A stretch of DNA of 63,947 nucleotides, filler included, from Reticulomyxa filosa (GCA_000512085.1; 19 parts of 19 records of this genome joined end to end with filler, not necessarily neighbours in it), one strand, 5' to 3'; counted from the whole stretch's first letter, positions 11,779 through 26,397 are shown. Notes: generated by a model not told the origin, from the letters alone. Numbers and translations: made by a program.

Positions 11779-13049
11779 TTTTTTAAACTTCGAATATATT
11801 TATTTATATTAACAATTATTGCCACACTTTTTCAAAAAAATCATTATCTCATCATTTTCATAATTTTTACACCTAACTTAAAAAAAGAAATTGGGTTATT
11901 CAAAAAAAACATGCTATTTGCAAATGTTCATTTACAATTTACCTTCGTTGTAACTGTCTTGTGGAAAAAGATTCACAACATTTTAAAAGGGATATTTGTT
12001 ATTTAGTTTCTTATTTTTTGGAAATCAATGTACTTGGACATATTTCTTTGCAAAAATCACCAAATATGTTTAAAGCCTTGGATTTTTGCCCTTTTTTCGG
12101 AGTTGTATAATCGGAAGGGGAAGTGATTGAAAGTTTGCAAAACAAACGCTGTTGTTTATCAGAATTCATTTTAAAAAACTGATAGCAAATATAATAACAT
12201 ATCAGTATAATATAACTTACGAAACAATACAAAAATATTATTGATTATTTCATTAAGTGTAGTACTTTGTAATCAAGAAAATTTTCCAAAAATGGCCCAA
12301 AAAAAAGTCCATTAAATGTATTTTCTTTATCAATCACCTCGATGTGAAACAATCGGCAAATAACGTGTTCCTTTACAGAGATTTTTTTTGCTTGTATAGT
12401 GAACGAGTACCACCGTTTCATCATCGTTTCCAAGTATAGCTTTACTGTGATCAATAGCACATCTCATAATATCTATTTATCTTTGTCTGCTGAGCTTTCT
12501 AAATTATCATTGAATTGGAAGACCCTTTTTTATTATGTGTTGTTACTCTTTTACAAAATTATCGTACTCTTTGGTGGACAATTTTATCATTTTTGAGACA
12601 TATCTGATAAATTAAACTAGTCCAAATAGATCTTTTGGTCATTGACCGTGTGCTTGTATACTTTTAAATATACAATGTACTACGTGCTATATTTAAAAGT
12701 TTCAGTTCTGTTGCCTCTCATCAAATTGTTACAGGCCATTGAAATTGAGGGTATAATGTGTATAACATTAGTGAAATTGATTCAAATGATAAGTTTCTAT
12801 TGTTTGTTCAATAGAATTTATTTTGAATAATTGAAATGTCAGTAGATCGAATAATTTATTACATTGTCCTTGCGCTACTTATCTTGCCTAAAGTAGCGTC
12901 AGAGATATACTAACGTGTTAATTGCACAAAGAAGGAAAATGCTTTTAAGTATTATGTCTTTTTTGTTGTGAGCACTCCTTCTGTGAAATCCCTTTGGTTT
13001 TTCATTTGGAAAAAAAAAACCGTTTGAATAATTATTTGCTCAGTAAAAT

Positions 13050-16000
13050 ATGCCGAAACGAGCAGTAAAGCCAGGCCAAACCTCAGGGGACAAAGATACC
13101 CAGACAATATCGCTACGAGAAGGCTGGGACAAGGTTTACTCTGTTGGTGTGATGCCTTTCTTTGAAAGAGTAGAGAACTTTGAGGCAGAGAAATTGAATG
13201 TTACATCGGTTCCTGGGAGTCAATTCAGTTAATTTTTCTAAAATTTCCGAGACGTTATGTTTTTTTTTTGCAAGTTGTTTTTTTGTTTTTGTCCATTTGG
13301 CTGATATTTCCCCCGTCACGAAATCCGAAATCGATGTCTAGTTACAACATACGAGTTACGTACGTGTTTTCGCAACCTCTAATAGAAACAATAACAAAAA
13401 AAAGAGACTTGGAAAGGGGAGAAGGGGGCGAGCAGATGAGGACATGAGAGAGTATGTTGATATCGCAAACAAAAATACTAAGACAAGCGAAAAAAAAACA
13501 ACTTTGCAAAAAAAAAAATAGTACTATTTTCACAATGTGTATTCAACGCGAGCCCTACAATTACTCAAGTGCTTTGTACTCAAAGCATACTGAAGCCTTG
13601 ACAGACCATTTCAAGAAAAAGTTTGTGCCATGTTTGGGAACTGCAAAGGAAGGGGTTGGATATCAATTTTTGCAAGAATGGACCAAAAGATGGCGAATTG
13701 GCAAATGGTGTGTCGACGGGATGACGCGCATGTTCATGTATTTGGTACGTGTCTGTAAAAAAAAGGATGTGAGAAGTTTGTGGAGAGAAAGGGGAAAAGG
13801 GGGGAGTGAAGAGAGAGAAGGAATAACTATTTTTTTAAAAAAAAATGTTTAAGTAATTTCCTTCGTCCCCTCCAAAAAAACTTTTTGTAGCCTTTTTAAT
13901 CGAATGGTAAAAACAGTTGTTACTTTTGTATACACCAAAAAAAAAACAAATGGTTTAATTTAAACAGGACCGCTTTCACGTGCCCAACAGCGAGGATTTG
14001 TTGAACACGAGCGAACAGGGATATACATTGTTCCGTCAAAACGTGTTTGAACCCTTCAAGGAGGTAGCGCGAGAGGCCATATTGGACTGCATTCGACGAG
14101 AGCGCGACAATGAAAGTCAAAATCGAGATTTGCTCCGTGATAGCATAGCTGTGTTTGTGGAACTGGGACAAAAGTTAAAAAAAGTGGAGTTGCAAATTTA
14201 CAAAGAAGATTTTCATCAAGCTTTGGTCGCACAAACACGTGAGTACTACAAACAAAAATCACGTGGTTGGTTGGATCAATTGTCGTGCCCTGAATACTTG
14301 ATTCAAGCAGAGATCTGTGTGGCCTCGGAAGAGGATCGTTTGGCCTCTTATATTGATAAGTCTTCAAGTGAAGGGTTGATGTTGGCAACACGAGAAGAAC
14401 TGTTGAAAGTCCACCAAGACGAGTTACTGGATAAGGAAACAGGTATTAATCGCATGCTGGAAAGAACGCAAGGTGCAGACGCTGAAACAGCCAAAGAGGA
14501 TTTGTCCCGTTTGTATTCTCTTTACAGTGAAGTTGCCAATGGTTTGGTGAAAATTAGTGAGGCAATGAAGCGTCATATATGCGATCTTGGCAACAATTAC
14601 ATCCAAAAATCGAAAGAAAACCAAGGCGAAGAAAAAGGTCATACGTTGATTGTAAATTTGATTGATTTGCATGACCGATTCTTGAAAATTGTGAAAACCA
14701 ATTTCCATCAAGACAAAATTTTCCATGAAGCGTTGAAAGATGCATTCGAGGACTTTATCAACAAGGAGTATTACACCAGCAACTTGTTGGCACGCTATGC
14801 CAATGACATCTTGCAAAAGGGTACAAAAGTTCAAGTAGGAGATTTAGACAGTACCATGGATCACGTGGTCATGTTGTACGGATACATTCGTGACAAAGAT
14901 ATTTTTGAAAAAGATTATCAGCAATACTTGGCTGGTCGTTTGTTGCAGGATTTGTCTCAGTCCGAACAGGCTGAAAGATCAATGATCGGTTTCGTACTTT
15001 GATACTTTGTTTTTTTGTAAGTATACTTACATCGCGGAAAAGAGGAAGAGGGAAGAGAACGTACTTATTGTGTTAATGCGTAAATATACTGATGTTTTCA
15101 AATGTGGTTGATATTATCTACAGGAAAATTGAAGACGGAGAGTGGATACCACTGGACAAGCAAGTTGGAGGATATGTTCAAAGATATCCAACGCAGCAAA
15201 GAGTTGATGGTAGAATTCAACAAAACCCATGGTGTCGAATTTGAAGTAGAGTTGAACGTGTCCGTGTGTACAACTGGTGCTTGGCCATCATCGTCCATCC
15301 AACCTGTCAACAAACCTCCAGAGATTGGACCAATTGCTGATCGATTCCAGCAATTCTATTTGCAAAAGTACAGTGGACGTAAATTGAGTTTCCAATGGGA
15401 CAAAGGGAGAGCTGATGTGATGGTGCAATTTGATGCAAAAAATCGAAAAATCTTGGTCGTCAGCACCTACCAAATGTTGATATTGTTATTGTTCAACCAA
15501 AAACAAACTTGGAGCTTCCAGCAAATCTTGGACGCTACCGGAATTCCAAAGGAAGAGTGTGTGATGCACTTGTTGTCAATGGTCCATCCTAAAGTCAAGG
15601 TTATGCGAAAGAATCCAAACAACAAGGATTGTGAACCTGATCACAAGTTTCAGATCAACCCTGCTTATACCAACCCAAGAGCTAAAGTAAATATCCCAAT
15701 AATGATGAGCATTAAACCTCCAGATCCTAGCCAAAAGAACAAGGAAATGGAGGCTGTGTTGTTGTTGCGAAGACACCAAATGGATGCTGCAGTGGTTCGT
15801 ATCATGAAAGCAAGAAAAACGCTGAGACACCCAGATTTGGTTGCTGAAGTTGTCAAGCAGTTACAAAAAAGATTTGTGCCAAAACCTGTTGATATCAAAA
15901 AACGCATTGCCAACCTCATCGAATTGGAGTATTTGGAACGAGATGAATCGGACAGGTTTGAACATTGTTTATATTTTGTTTTAGTTTGCCTTTCTTTTAA

Positions 16001-16057
16001 CTCCTTTTTTTGTTTGAAATTTGCGTTTATAGGCAACTTTATCATTACAAGCAGTGA
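13050..16057 (+). CDS. Cullin (CUL1/CUL3-like), 6 exons including a 13-nt microexon
   Basis: Exons 13050-13227, 13342-13354, 13522-13744, 13968-14988, 15124-15955, 16033-16057. Motifs DKDIFEKDYQQYLAGRLL, KLEDMFKD and the neddylation domain DAAVVRIMKARK..LIELEYLERD. Confidence 0.95.
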
Positions 16058-17698
16058 AAAATTTGTTTTCTAAAACTCAAAATGCAAAGACTGAACAAGT
16101 TGATGTGGTTTCGTTTTGTTGACAACTTTGTGGGTTCCAAATAAATTGTGCACATTGCCCAATTTTTGGTGAGAGATTGCTTGGTGGGTTTTTGTTTTGT
16201 GGTCGGACAACTTTGCCACGATATTTCTCGTTATTGAAAACGGGAATGAGAAAGAAAATTTTTTGTAGGAAAACACACCCATGAAAAATCTTGGTCTTCA
16301 TTCTAACTTTTTTGTTGGTTTTAAAAACTAAGCACTGCAGGGTCATTTGAAAATTAGCTTCCTTCTTAACATAGGACTGAAAGGCTTTTGCTCGGTACAA
16401 ACTTGCGAGATTGCAATGCCTGTAACAAAATTTAAGTTACAAAAAATTTATTGTTTTCAAATCACTTTTCGTTGTACAATTTTGCAATATGATATTAATG
16501 GACTGCTAACTACAATACTAGCAATATCGCCAGCCATCTTCCAACCATCATTTGACTTTGTTTTCAGTCTACAAAGTTTCTACATGTCAAAGAACTACGG
16601 TACGCCAAAGAGGCTTTGAGTTATTGTCTTTGGATTCAAATGTCAGCATTTATGTTCGCTAAGGTAAAAAGGATTGCATCAATCAGACAAAGATGTGCAA
16701 TATAACATACGATGTGACACAGAGCCATAATTGACTCCATCATCTTAATATAATGACCCCATTTACTTTTATTCTTTAATTTACTATAATTTAAATGTGT
16801 GTGTTTCCATTCGGATTCTGTTCACACTTTCATTTTTTCAATTCATTGAGATATGTGTAAACTTTTTGAAAATCTTTGGGTAAAGCAGTCCTAAACCATT
16901 TAAGAATAGTATTTTTTTATTTTAATTCACATCCAATTTGTTTTAACATTGCTTTCATCTCATTTCTTGGCCAATTTGAAACGTAGCCAAGTCTTTTTCT
17001 TCACGAAAAGAACTCTTTTTAAATGCATTGCCACTAATTTTATATTTATAGAATGTCTCAATCATATTAAATAACATAGTCAATGTCACAAAATGATTGT
17101 GAGTATTGCCGAAGTTCCCCACATTCGTGCAATAGTAAGATTTGGAACTTGTCTCTTCCGGTCACTCTTCAAGTTTAAAATATACGAACAACAAAAACAA
17201 CAAAAGGTTTGGATTTGTTCTACTTATGTGGAGCAATTATCTCAATTTTGGGGACCCTTTTTGTGATGATTACGTATATCTTTAATCCAGTTTAGTTTTT
17301 CCTGCAACCTTTTTTTTTCTCTCTTGTTCCTCTTTTGTCGGACGAAGCCTTTGTGCGAGCGAATTAAAGCTAAACAAAGAAGTATTACATATAGCCTATA
17401 TTTAGTAAATGTGTGATTTGGCTTTGTTATGTTGTGTGTCCATATTTGTTAAAAATTGGGGGGGGGCACAAAGTTGTTAAGACAGCATCCATCTGTGCTG
17501 GTGTTTTGGCGTTCAGTATGTGAATTTATATTTGGATGGCATTTTGTATTTCGATACGTCCGTCAAAATCGCAATGCAGCGATACCAGGCCTTCCAGTTA
17601 AAAGATGTGAAAAAAAAAAAAGGGGGAAGTGAATGTTATAAGAAAATGGAATGAGTTAGAAAAAACTTTTTTTAGAGGGGCTGTAAAATGTTATGTTT

Positions 17699-17798
17699 NN
17701 NNNNNNNNNNNNNNNNNNNNNNNNNNNNNNNNNNNNNNNNNNTTAATTAATTAANNNNNNNNNNNNNNNNNNNNNNNNNNNNNNNNNNNNNNNNNNNN
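17699..17798. other. Artificial contig-joining spacer (N44-TTAATTAATTAA-N44), first of 18
   Basis: The same spacer, with stops in all six frames, recurs near 20186, 22433, 23702, 29065, 30235, 32343, 34713, 35908, 38055, 40092, 45364, 47701, 49208, 50652, 51817, 61661 and 62846. Confidence 0.98.
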
Positions 17799-19070
17799 AA
17801 TCTTATTTTCAAGGCTTTTTCGTAGAATGCAATTGCTATGTCATATTCATCTTTCTCATGATAAGCAAGTCCCAAGTTGTAATATGAATTAGCAACATCA
17901 ATATGATCCTCGCCTAATTTCTCTAATCTTATTTTTAGTTCTTTTTCCCAATATTCAATCGCTTTGTCCCATTCATTTTTCTCATAATAAATATCTCCAA
18001 AGTTGTTATATGAATTAGCAACGTCAATATGATCTTCACCTAATTTATCCAATCTTATTTTCAAGGCTTTTTCGTGGAATGCAATTGCTATGTCATATTC
18101 ATCTTTTTTACTATAACTCTTTCCCAAATTGTAGTATAAATCAGCAACATCAATATGATCTTCGCCTAATATATCTAATATTACACCAAGTACAATTCGA
18201 TAAAACTGAATTGCTTTGTCAAAATTTAATTCTTTACATGAAGAAATACCTAAATTCACAAGATGATTCGTGTCGATAGGCCAAAGAGCAGTGCAAAGTG
18301 ATGAATCAAAATTGTAATTGATAACAGATTGCTCAGTATGAATGAGATATCGTGTGATGTGACAATTCTCAATTCCATAAATAGTGCAATCAACAACATA
18401 AACGCATCCATCGATTGTGATGTTGTCAAATGTTATGCTTTTTGAATGAAAAGAACAAATCTTGTATGGTTCAATTACTATTTGTTTTTTCATGTATTGA
18501 TCCGAATTAAGCATCATAATAAAATAAGTATCTTCGTGAGACTGTTGGTTATTCGCCATTTGATCAAGATTAGAAGCGACAACAACGATTCCTTTTTCTT
18601 CATTTTCAATCATATCTTCAACTATTGTATGAGCTGCTTTAATTGCTTCATTCCATTCCTTTTGTTCCAATTCGATATCTGAATCTTTAAAATCGTCATC
18701 TTGTTTTTCATTATCTTGTTCTGAATACTTCACATCTTCATCGTTGTTTTCTGGTTTGTTTTTTTTTGCATTCTAATTAGTTTCCTTTTGACGTAATCAC
18801 TATTTTAACAAAAAGATTTGCAAAACTGTCATTGAAATCAATATAAAGCAAAACCGGAGTAGCATCAAAGGCAGTTTGGAGTGTTTCGTCGTTGTCAATC
18901 CATTGCCTATTTGCGTCAGCAATTTTAAAATCAAATTTCGTGTCTTCGGATTTGATTTTGTTTTCACTGATTATTTCTTTTACTTTCTCTTCCAAAATTT
19001 TCAATGATAACGAAGTGAATGTCACTTCATACGTTTTTTCTTCAATGTTAACTGACGCTTGAAACGCCAT
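17799..19070 (-). CDS. TPR-array protein (42-aa kinesin-light-chain-type repeats), 3'-truncated by contig end
   Basis: Three near-identical LGEDHIDVAxxYxNxGxxYxxKxExDxAIxxxEKxLKIR units with a 126-nt period. A probable first exon lies at ~18830-19070. Confidence 0.85.
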
Positions 19071-20285
19071 ATTTGTCAAATGTGTAGACTATTACAAAAA
19101 AAATTTTAAATTTTGTCACTCCAGTTTTTGCTTACCCCCTTTTTTTTTTTTTGTATAGTTTCCTTTTTTTTTTTAAGTTTGCTATTCATTTTTGTCGCTA
19201 AAAAATTGAATAAAGGAATGTAATTTTTAAAAACCCAGCGTTGTATGAAAAATATTTTTTTATATCCACTTTCCAAAATACTAAAAAATGATTGACAAGT
19301 TTTTTTATCATTTTCTTTATTCAAAGTTTTAAATGATGTGAAAAGGCGTTTTATGTTTTGCACTGTTAATCTCTTCTTTAATTTTAAATAACACAAAATC
19401 ATACATTTTAAACGAACGTTAAGTTCAACGTTCAAAAGGTTGCAGCAGCACCCCTTTTTTAAAGTAAAAAAAGAGAAACATGAGTAATCAAAGTACAGCA
19501 CAAAAACCTACTGGACAAAATCATTATTTCAAAAAAAATAAAAATAAAAAAAGAATAGATATAACAAACCATATTTTCTCCTTGCGGAGACGGGGCCTTA
19601 CCCCATTTCTTTTTTCTTTTGTTGAAGGATGCACAGCATCCGAGTAAAAAATTCATTTTTTTTTTGCAAAGTGGACTGCTGTTGCAAGCAAACCACTTTT
19701 TTTGTTTCAGTTGAAAGATTATTTTAAAAAACAAAAGAAAAAGACATACAAGTGAAAATGGGTGCAATCACCCTAATTACGAGTTGGCACGAGACAGAGA
19801 CGACAAAAAAAAAAAAGATCTTTTTTCTTCATTAAGACATAGATGCACAACCATAAATGTTTACAAAAAATGATTAAAATTTGCAATTTTTTGAAATATT
19901 TTGACAAAAAAATTTTAAAAAAATAATTGAGAAAATTTTTGTAGTATCGTGGAACAATTGGCAAGATTGTACATGTTCAAGTCCAGAAAGATATATTTTG
20001 GTAAAGCTAAATGGCGACTGTTGTAATTACGGTGCACAATGTGCAAGACGACGTAGGATAAATGCATATCTCATTCCGACAAGCATACGAATCATAAGCA
20101 CAGAAGTATACATAGAATGGACGCGGTTTCCATCTGTGGCCGTGTGTCGTCACTGTTCACACATGCGTGTGTATATATATGTATANNNNNNNNNNNNNNN
20201 NNNNNNNNNNNNNNNNNNNNNNNNNNNNNTTAATTAATTAANNNNNNNNNNNNNNNNNNNNNNNNNNNNNNNNNNNNNNNNNNNN

Positions 20286-20706
20286 GAACAAATGTATTGA
20301 CAATCATCAAATGTTGAATAATCAATACTTCTCACCCCAGTGAATATATTGATTAAGTTGGACGATGAACGAAATGTGTCAAACATGAAGATAATGTATA
20401 TCTATGTTAAAAAATATAATTATGCAAATAGTGTACAAAAAGCAGAATATTTTTTTGATGGTCGTTTTATTGTTTCAATTTTAACAAATAGAATAATTCA
20501 AATATGTGATCAAATGGACAAACACTAGTAATGTCGTGTTCAAGTAAATCTACAATTCAATTATGGGATACAAAATTAGGAATTGAAATACAATAATTAG
20601 AAGGGCATTCTAGTTTTATATCAAGATTAGATATTTCATCAGATGGGAATTTAATTGTATCTTGTTCTAATGATAAAACAATCAGACTATGGATGCCTTT
20701 GTGAAG
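20286..20706 (+). pseudogene. Degenerate WD40-repeat fragment
   Basis: TIQLWDTKLGIEIQQLEGHSSFISRLDISSDGNLIVSCSNDKTIRLW is preceded by a stop- and frameshift-broken repeat (DGRFIVS). Confidence 0.6.
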
Positions 20707-21179
20707 TCATTCAATAGAAAAAAGTTGACAATTGTAACTGTATCGTAACCATGAAATTTGCTAACTTTTTTTTGAGAAGTTTCAAAAAAATAACAAGATT
20801 TTGCAATAAAAATGAATAAACAAAATTTGTTGAAACGATAATAAATGTTGCTTAAAAATAAATCAAGCAAGAATTTTCATCATTTTTTATTATTGTAACC
20901 ATTTTAGAAAAACTGCAAATGTAAAGAGAAAAAACTCGCAACTCATTCTTTTCTTCTTTCCACAAAAAGAGTCATAACTTGGACATGGTAAACAGTTTCT
21001 CGTCTTTCCACTACATCCAATAACATCACTTTAATCAAGTTTTTGAACATTGTAAATATAAATGAGTGCTATTTTCTCGTTTTTTTTCGAAATGTCTTGC
21101 ATTTTGTACAATTGACATCCAGTAAATGTAAGTCATGCATGCGTTGATAAATTGACTTATTTCGTCGAACTCCATCTCG

Positions 21180-22432
21180 TTAATTAGCTTCAACAGATTC
21201 CCGCACATCTTCGCACTCCACGCCCAAAGAAAATACTTTTTACATATTCCAAATGCCTATTATGAAAAGAAAATCACATCAATTAAAAAATAAAACTAAT
21301 TATTGTCATTGTTTTTTTTTTGTTGTTTAAAAAACTGTAATTTGTAATGGCAAATTGTGATCCTGATCTGTCTGCAAAAACAACTTATGAATACAATAGT
21401 CTTCGAGTCATTTCAATCAAAATGACACTCACTCCATATCTTCAAATGTTTTCTGCTATATCAAATTTCTTTCTTTTTCCTTCTTTTTTTTTCATGCAAA
21501 TGGCATTGTCTTGTTGCTCGTCGTCGAGATTGAAATTCACTATATTTCTTTTATTGATCCGCTCGATGTCTTCTTCGATGCTAACTCGTCACTGTCGTTT
21601 CCATGATAGCTTTATGTTTGTAATGAAAAGGATATTGGAATAAAGACCAGAGTACATTATACATACTAAAGCTAACAATCCCAAATTTGAACGAAGCATA
21701 GATAACGTTTGCGCCCAATTTTTTCCAATTGAATCATTCGATGCAAAAGTGAATCATAAAATTTGCTGCTGTGACTTTGAAAAGCCATCGATAGAACTCC
21801 ACAAGCATTTGTCCTCAATGGATCATCACCCATTTCTGGAGATTTGATCGTGTTGCATATGCAATGACACCATAGGTCTCGATGAATACGAAAATACAAT
21901 TGCAATGCGTGATATTTATTTTGTCATTGTCTTGTCAATGGGAACGTGACTACTGAAAAAAAAGAGTCAAATGCTTTTCCAGCGCCCTTTCCTTGTTGCA
22001 ACAACTGCGATTCTTCCAAAATGGATTGGTGGTGATGACATGGAGCTAATATCGAGATTGGTCCAATTTCATCGGAATGAACAATACCAGAACACTTTAT
22101 ACATATATATATATATATATACTTTTTGGTCATCGCTTAAATAATCGTAGATCGAATGCATTTGCAAATACAACTGCAAAACTTTAATTCCTTCAATTCG
22201 AAGACTGATGTGATTTGGATTTGATGCCTGTCCAAATTCGAGGTTATTCGAAAATAACAATAATATGTGGCACACATCTTCCATATCGTCTATCAGCAGT
22301 AAATCTCTTTCTCTCTCTGCTCATTCAATGTCTTTTTCGTCTCTTACAACCTATTCAAATGTTTGTATTAATTGTCGGTCAAACGAAATGACATAACGTA
22401 ATACTTCTTACCATTTGTTAAAGTTCTCGGAA
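21180..22432 (-). CDS. Hypothetical multi-exon protein, 5'-partial
   Basis: GC-richer exon blocks are separated by AT/microsatellite introns. No family recognised. Confidence 0.45.
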
Positions 22433-22532
22433 NNNNNNNNNNNNNNNNNNNNNNNNNNNNNNNNNNNNNNNNNNNNTTAATTAATTAANNNNNNNNNNNN
22501 NNNNNNNNNNNNNNNNNNNNNNNNNNNNNNNN

Positions 22533-22569
<37 letters not shown>

Positions 22570-22697
22570 GGAATATAAAAGTTGAAATGGTGCATTTTGT
22601 TGTTCAAATTGTGTTGAAACACGACACATGAAGATAATCAGACATCATAATAAAACGGAAGATATATATGTATATGTGTATGTATATGCATGTACAG

Positions 22698-23628
22698 ATC
22701 GGCCAGTCGGCAGAGGAGTATCTACTCGGATTTATACTGGAACAGCAAGAAGATGCGAAAGAGACCCAAATAGGGAAGCGTTGTGAAGGGTGCGGACGGG
22801 AAATCGAAGCCAGCGGCATGGTTCATTTGGGCACCAACATGTTGACCATCCCCACGACTACCACCACGTCCAAAACATACCCTATGTTCAAAGTCAAGTC
22901 GATACCACAAGAGGAATTTGTATTTCACGATCAAGCTTGTGTCGTTAAGCAAAGATCTCACACACACACACACACATACATACAATACATACATTGTATT
23001 GTATATAATATTTAAAAGAACAATCATTCGAATTTGGCATTCCATAAAATATAACATATAAAAAAAAATGAAATATGAAATATAAAATGTGTTACAGACA
23101 CTACGAAAACTAAAAGAGGCAGTGCGCATGTTCGTGTTTAGTGCCGAAGTCCGAGATACCGATCCGAGTTACTCTCTTCCAACGAATACATCGCAACAGG
23201 TTTGGCATTTGCTGAAAGCCCGTGAGTCGCTGCTCTCTGTGAGTCAGTTGAAGCCATTGCCACTGCCCACTGTCCCTCGCGAAAAAGAGAGCAACTTGGT
23301 GATGGGTGTGGTCAACCGTGGGCTCTCATTGTTCGAACAGAAGAAAAGCGGAAGGATAGACCTCAAGCTCAATCGAGAGCGCAAAATCGCCGCTATGCAG
23401 TTGTATCATCGGGAACAGCGCTTTGCCTATGATAAGGTGCGTCAAGCCAATATCGCCATCAATTACCCGTCCGTGGAACAAGCTCACAATGAACAGAAAG
23501 GTACTGACGTCACCGAAAAAAAGGCGAAGGCGACGATATCAACAAAACCTCGAGTAATTTGTCTGCTTCAAAGTCTTCTATTCCTCGTCGAATTCAAAGA
23601 TATAAAACACCTGAATATATTATGTTGA
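22698..23628 (+). CDS. Hypothetical protein, internal exons
   Basis: Two coding-like blocks (IGQSAEEYLLGF.. and TLRKLKEAVRMF..) flank a (CA)n/AT intron. Confidence 0.5.
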
Positions 23629-26397
23629 GTATAAATTAAATTAAATTAAATTAATATTTATTTATTTTATTTATTTAATTTGTTTGTTTGTTTGTTTGTT
23701 TNNNNNNNNNNNNNNNNNNNNNNNNNNNNNNNNNNNNNNNNNNNNTTAATTAATTAANNNNNNNNNNNNNNNNNNNNNNNNNNNNNNNNNNNNNNNNNNN
23801 NTTTTCTTTTTCGATTTTCCCTTTTTTGGCCTATTTTTTAAAATTGTTGTGTAAAGAGCAAATTTGATTTGATTAATTTTTTTTACATTTTACATTATTA
23901 ATTAAATATATTGAGAATGCCTTAAACCGAGAATAGATTGCCATATTAATATTATGTAATTCTACCTCAATTTAGGAAACTTTTTGCAATAGTTATTGAA
24001 AGTGTACAATAAAATGTAATATAATGTGATAAATGCCTGCTTTGTTGTATAGATTTAATTATTTTTATTTATATTTAATGCTTCACTGTATTTTTTTATC
24101 CAAATTGCTATGTAAAGTTTAATTGTTTTATTTTTTTTTACGCATTTCCTGAATAATTAATAAATCAGCAACAAAAAGATTATTGATCCGAAAGTATCAA
24201 TAGGAAGTATTGTTGTGAGTGAATTATTGCATTTTCTTTAAAATTTTGATTTACTTAAAATATATTTTATTTTCCAATTTTAAAATTATTGCCATTATTT
24301 AATGTTAAAATAAACCAAACAACGGCAGTTAGAACCTTTTTAAATCTGCCGTAATTTCAAACAAATAGCAAACGATCCAGTTGAACTACACTATTCTAAA
24401 CACAAACATATGCGTCAGCAGTTACCGCATCTTTTCCTTGTCAGTCGATCTTTTAAAAAAACAAAGTTATACGAACGCAAATATGTGAACCAAAGTTTGT
24501 CTTGCTTTTATGAAGTGGTTTTTAAAAAAAACATTTTTTTTACAAATTGTACAACAATAATTAACAATAAAAAGGAAAATACACTTGGTTTTCTTTTTTA
24601 AAAAAAATTGGTATTTTTGGTTGTGTTCATTGCTGTTCAAATTGCTCTTTTTGACAGTGGGTAACACGTTTTTGATAACATCACTCGGGCCAGCATCCAC
24701 CAATGATTCCATCAGTTCGATTAATATGATCTAAACAGAGGTAATGTTGGTGGAGATATTATGTTTTGGCAACCGTTACGCAACAGACGCAATTGACGCT
24801 CTTCTTGTACACGTCGGTCGTAAGTGTCTGTTGTATTTCTTTTTTTTTGTTTTCTTTTTCGATGATGACATAAAACTTGTAAAAGTGGATCATTATGACT
24901 GTTTCATCTATTTTAAAATAAAATTAAAAAGACAATGGGCACAAGCAAAAAAACTGCATATCAAAATTATGAACATACATAATCAAAAAGGAAAGGCACT
25001 GAGTTAACAAAGTCACTTGAATCACTTGTTGAAGAAATATTTTGAGATAAATAAATTAAACAAGTATGCTCAAAGAAATTCAACACTATTCTCATTCGTT
25101 TTTATTATTTCAAGCAGAAAAATAAATGTTGCAACACCATTACTAAATGTTCGTGAATATTCCTTTGTCGCTTTTATATACAAAATAGTTGCTGTGAAAG
25201 TTGATAGAATGACTGATTAATTTAATCTTATCATTTTTTTATTTGTTTTCATAAGTGGTCAAATAAAAAGGAAAAAAGTTCCTTTTTGAAAACTGTCATC
25301 AATTTTTTGATAAATTGTGAGTTTTATGTATTGATTGTTTGTGCACATCTTAAATCCAAAACATCATTCCGATTGAGCGTAGAAATGCAAAATTTGCATA
25401 ATTGATATTTTTCATTTCATACAACTGAAAATAACCTTCTTTGATTAATAACAGATTAAAGACAACAATGGGAGTGAAACAATTTTTAACAATTAGGTGT
25501 ATCGAAGCATTTTTTGATTACTGATGAATAACACAATAATATTTTTTTTGTTATCAAACTTTGCAATTCATGAAGGACTGAATCTCTTCAATCAAAACTG
25601 TCAGATATTTTTCGGTCTTACATTAGATGAATGTTTGCCTCAAAATTCTTTTTGTTTTTCTTCATTAATGAATTCACTTCAACAAAAGAAACAAGGTTTT
25701 ACAATTTTGATTCAGTTGAAATTTAATACAAATGATTTAATCAACCTTTACAAGTTCCTTCTTTTTTAAAAAAAGGTTTTGCATGATGTGTGAAAATGAT
25801 TAATTTGGACAAGGTAGTGCTTGATATTGGACAGAAAGAAGTCCATTGCACAAAAGAAACGTCTTAACAAAAAAAGTTTATACAATCTCTACAGTCAAAA
25901 TGGCATCTACAAATAGAGTTTGATATTCTTGTCGAATTTTTTAAAAAATTTTATTGAGGAGAACCAAATTAATCCCAATTGGCTTATTCTTCATTCTTTT
26001 CTTTTTGATAAAATACAAAATTTGGCGCAAGATAGGTATTGTGCAAGGATAGGACAAAAAGAGAGGGTTTTGTTAAATACATAAAGAGATTTGGTGGATA
26101 AATGTAATGTATTGTTACTCGGACATGACTCAAATGCAAAATACATTACCACACAAAGGACAGAAGCCGACCATAATACAATCGTGATTGACCACATGTC
26201 AAGATTGGATTGAAAATGCTTTCTTTCATAATTTCGATAGTCTTCAGCTGTTGCGATTGATAATATAATTTTTTATAATTTATAAACATTAAATGTTTTC
26301 TTGACTTCTCAGTTCAAGTCAAATGCATAAGCAAAAAGTTGTCATTCAAAATAACAACACATGAATACTTACAAAAAAAAATTTACAAACAACCATT

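Noticed and set aside
3201-16057. Alternative genetic code
   Set aside because: Conserved genes read through in the standard code and end at TAA or TGA. Apparent internal stops are explained by introns.
17743-17754. Recurrent TTAATTAATTAA as a biological repeat or CRISPR-like element
   Set aside because: It is always centred in fixed-length N runs, so it is an artificial six-frame stop linker.
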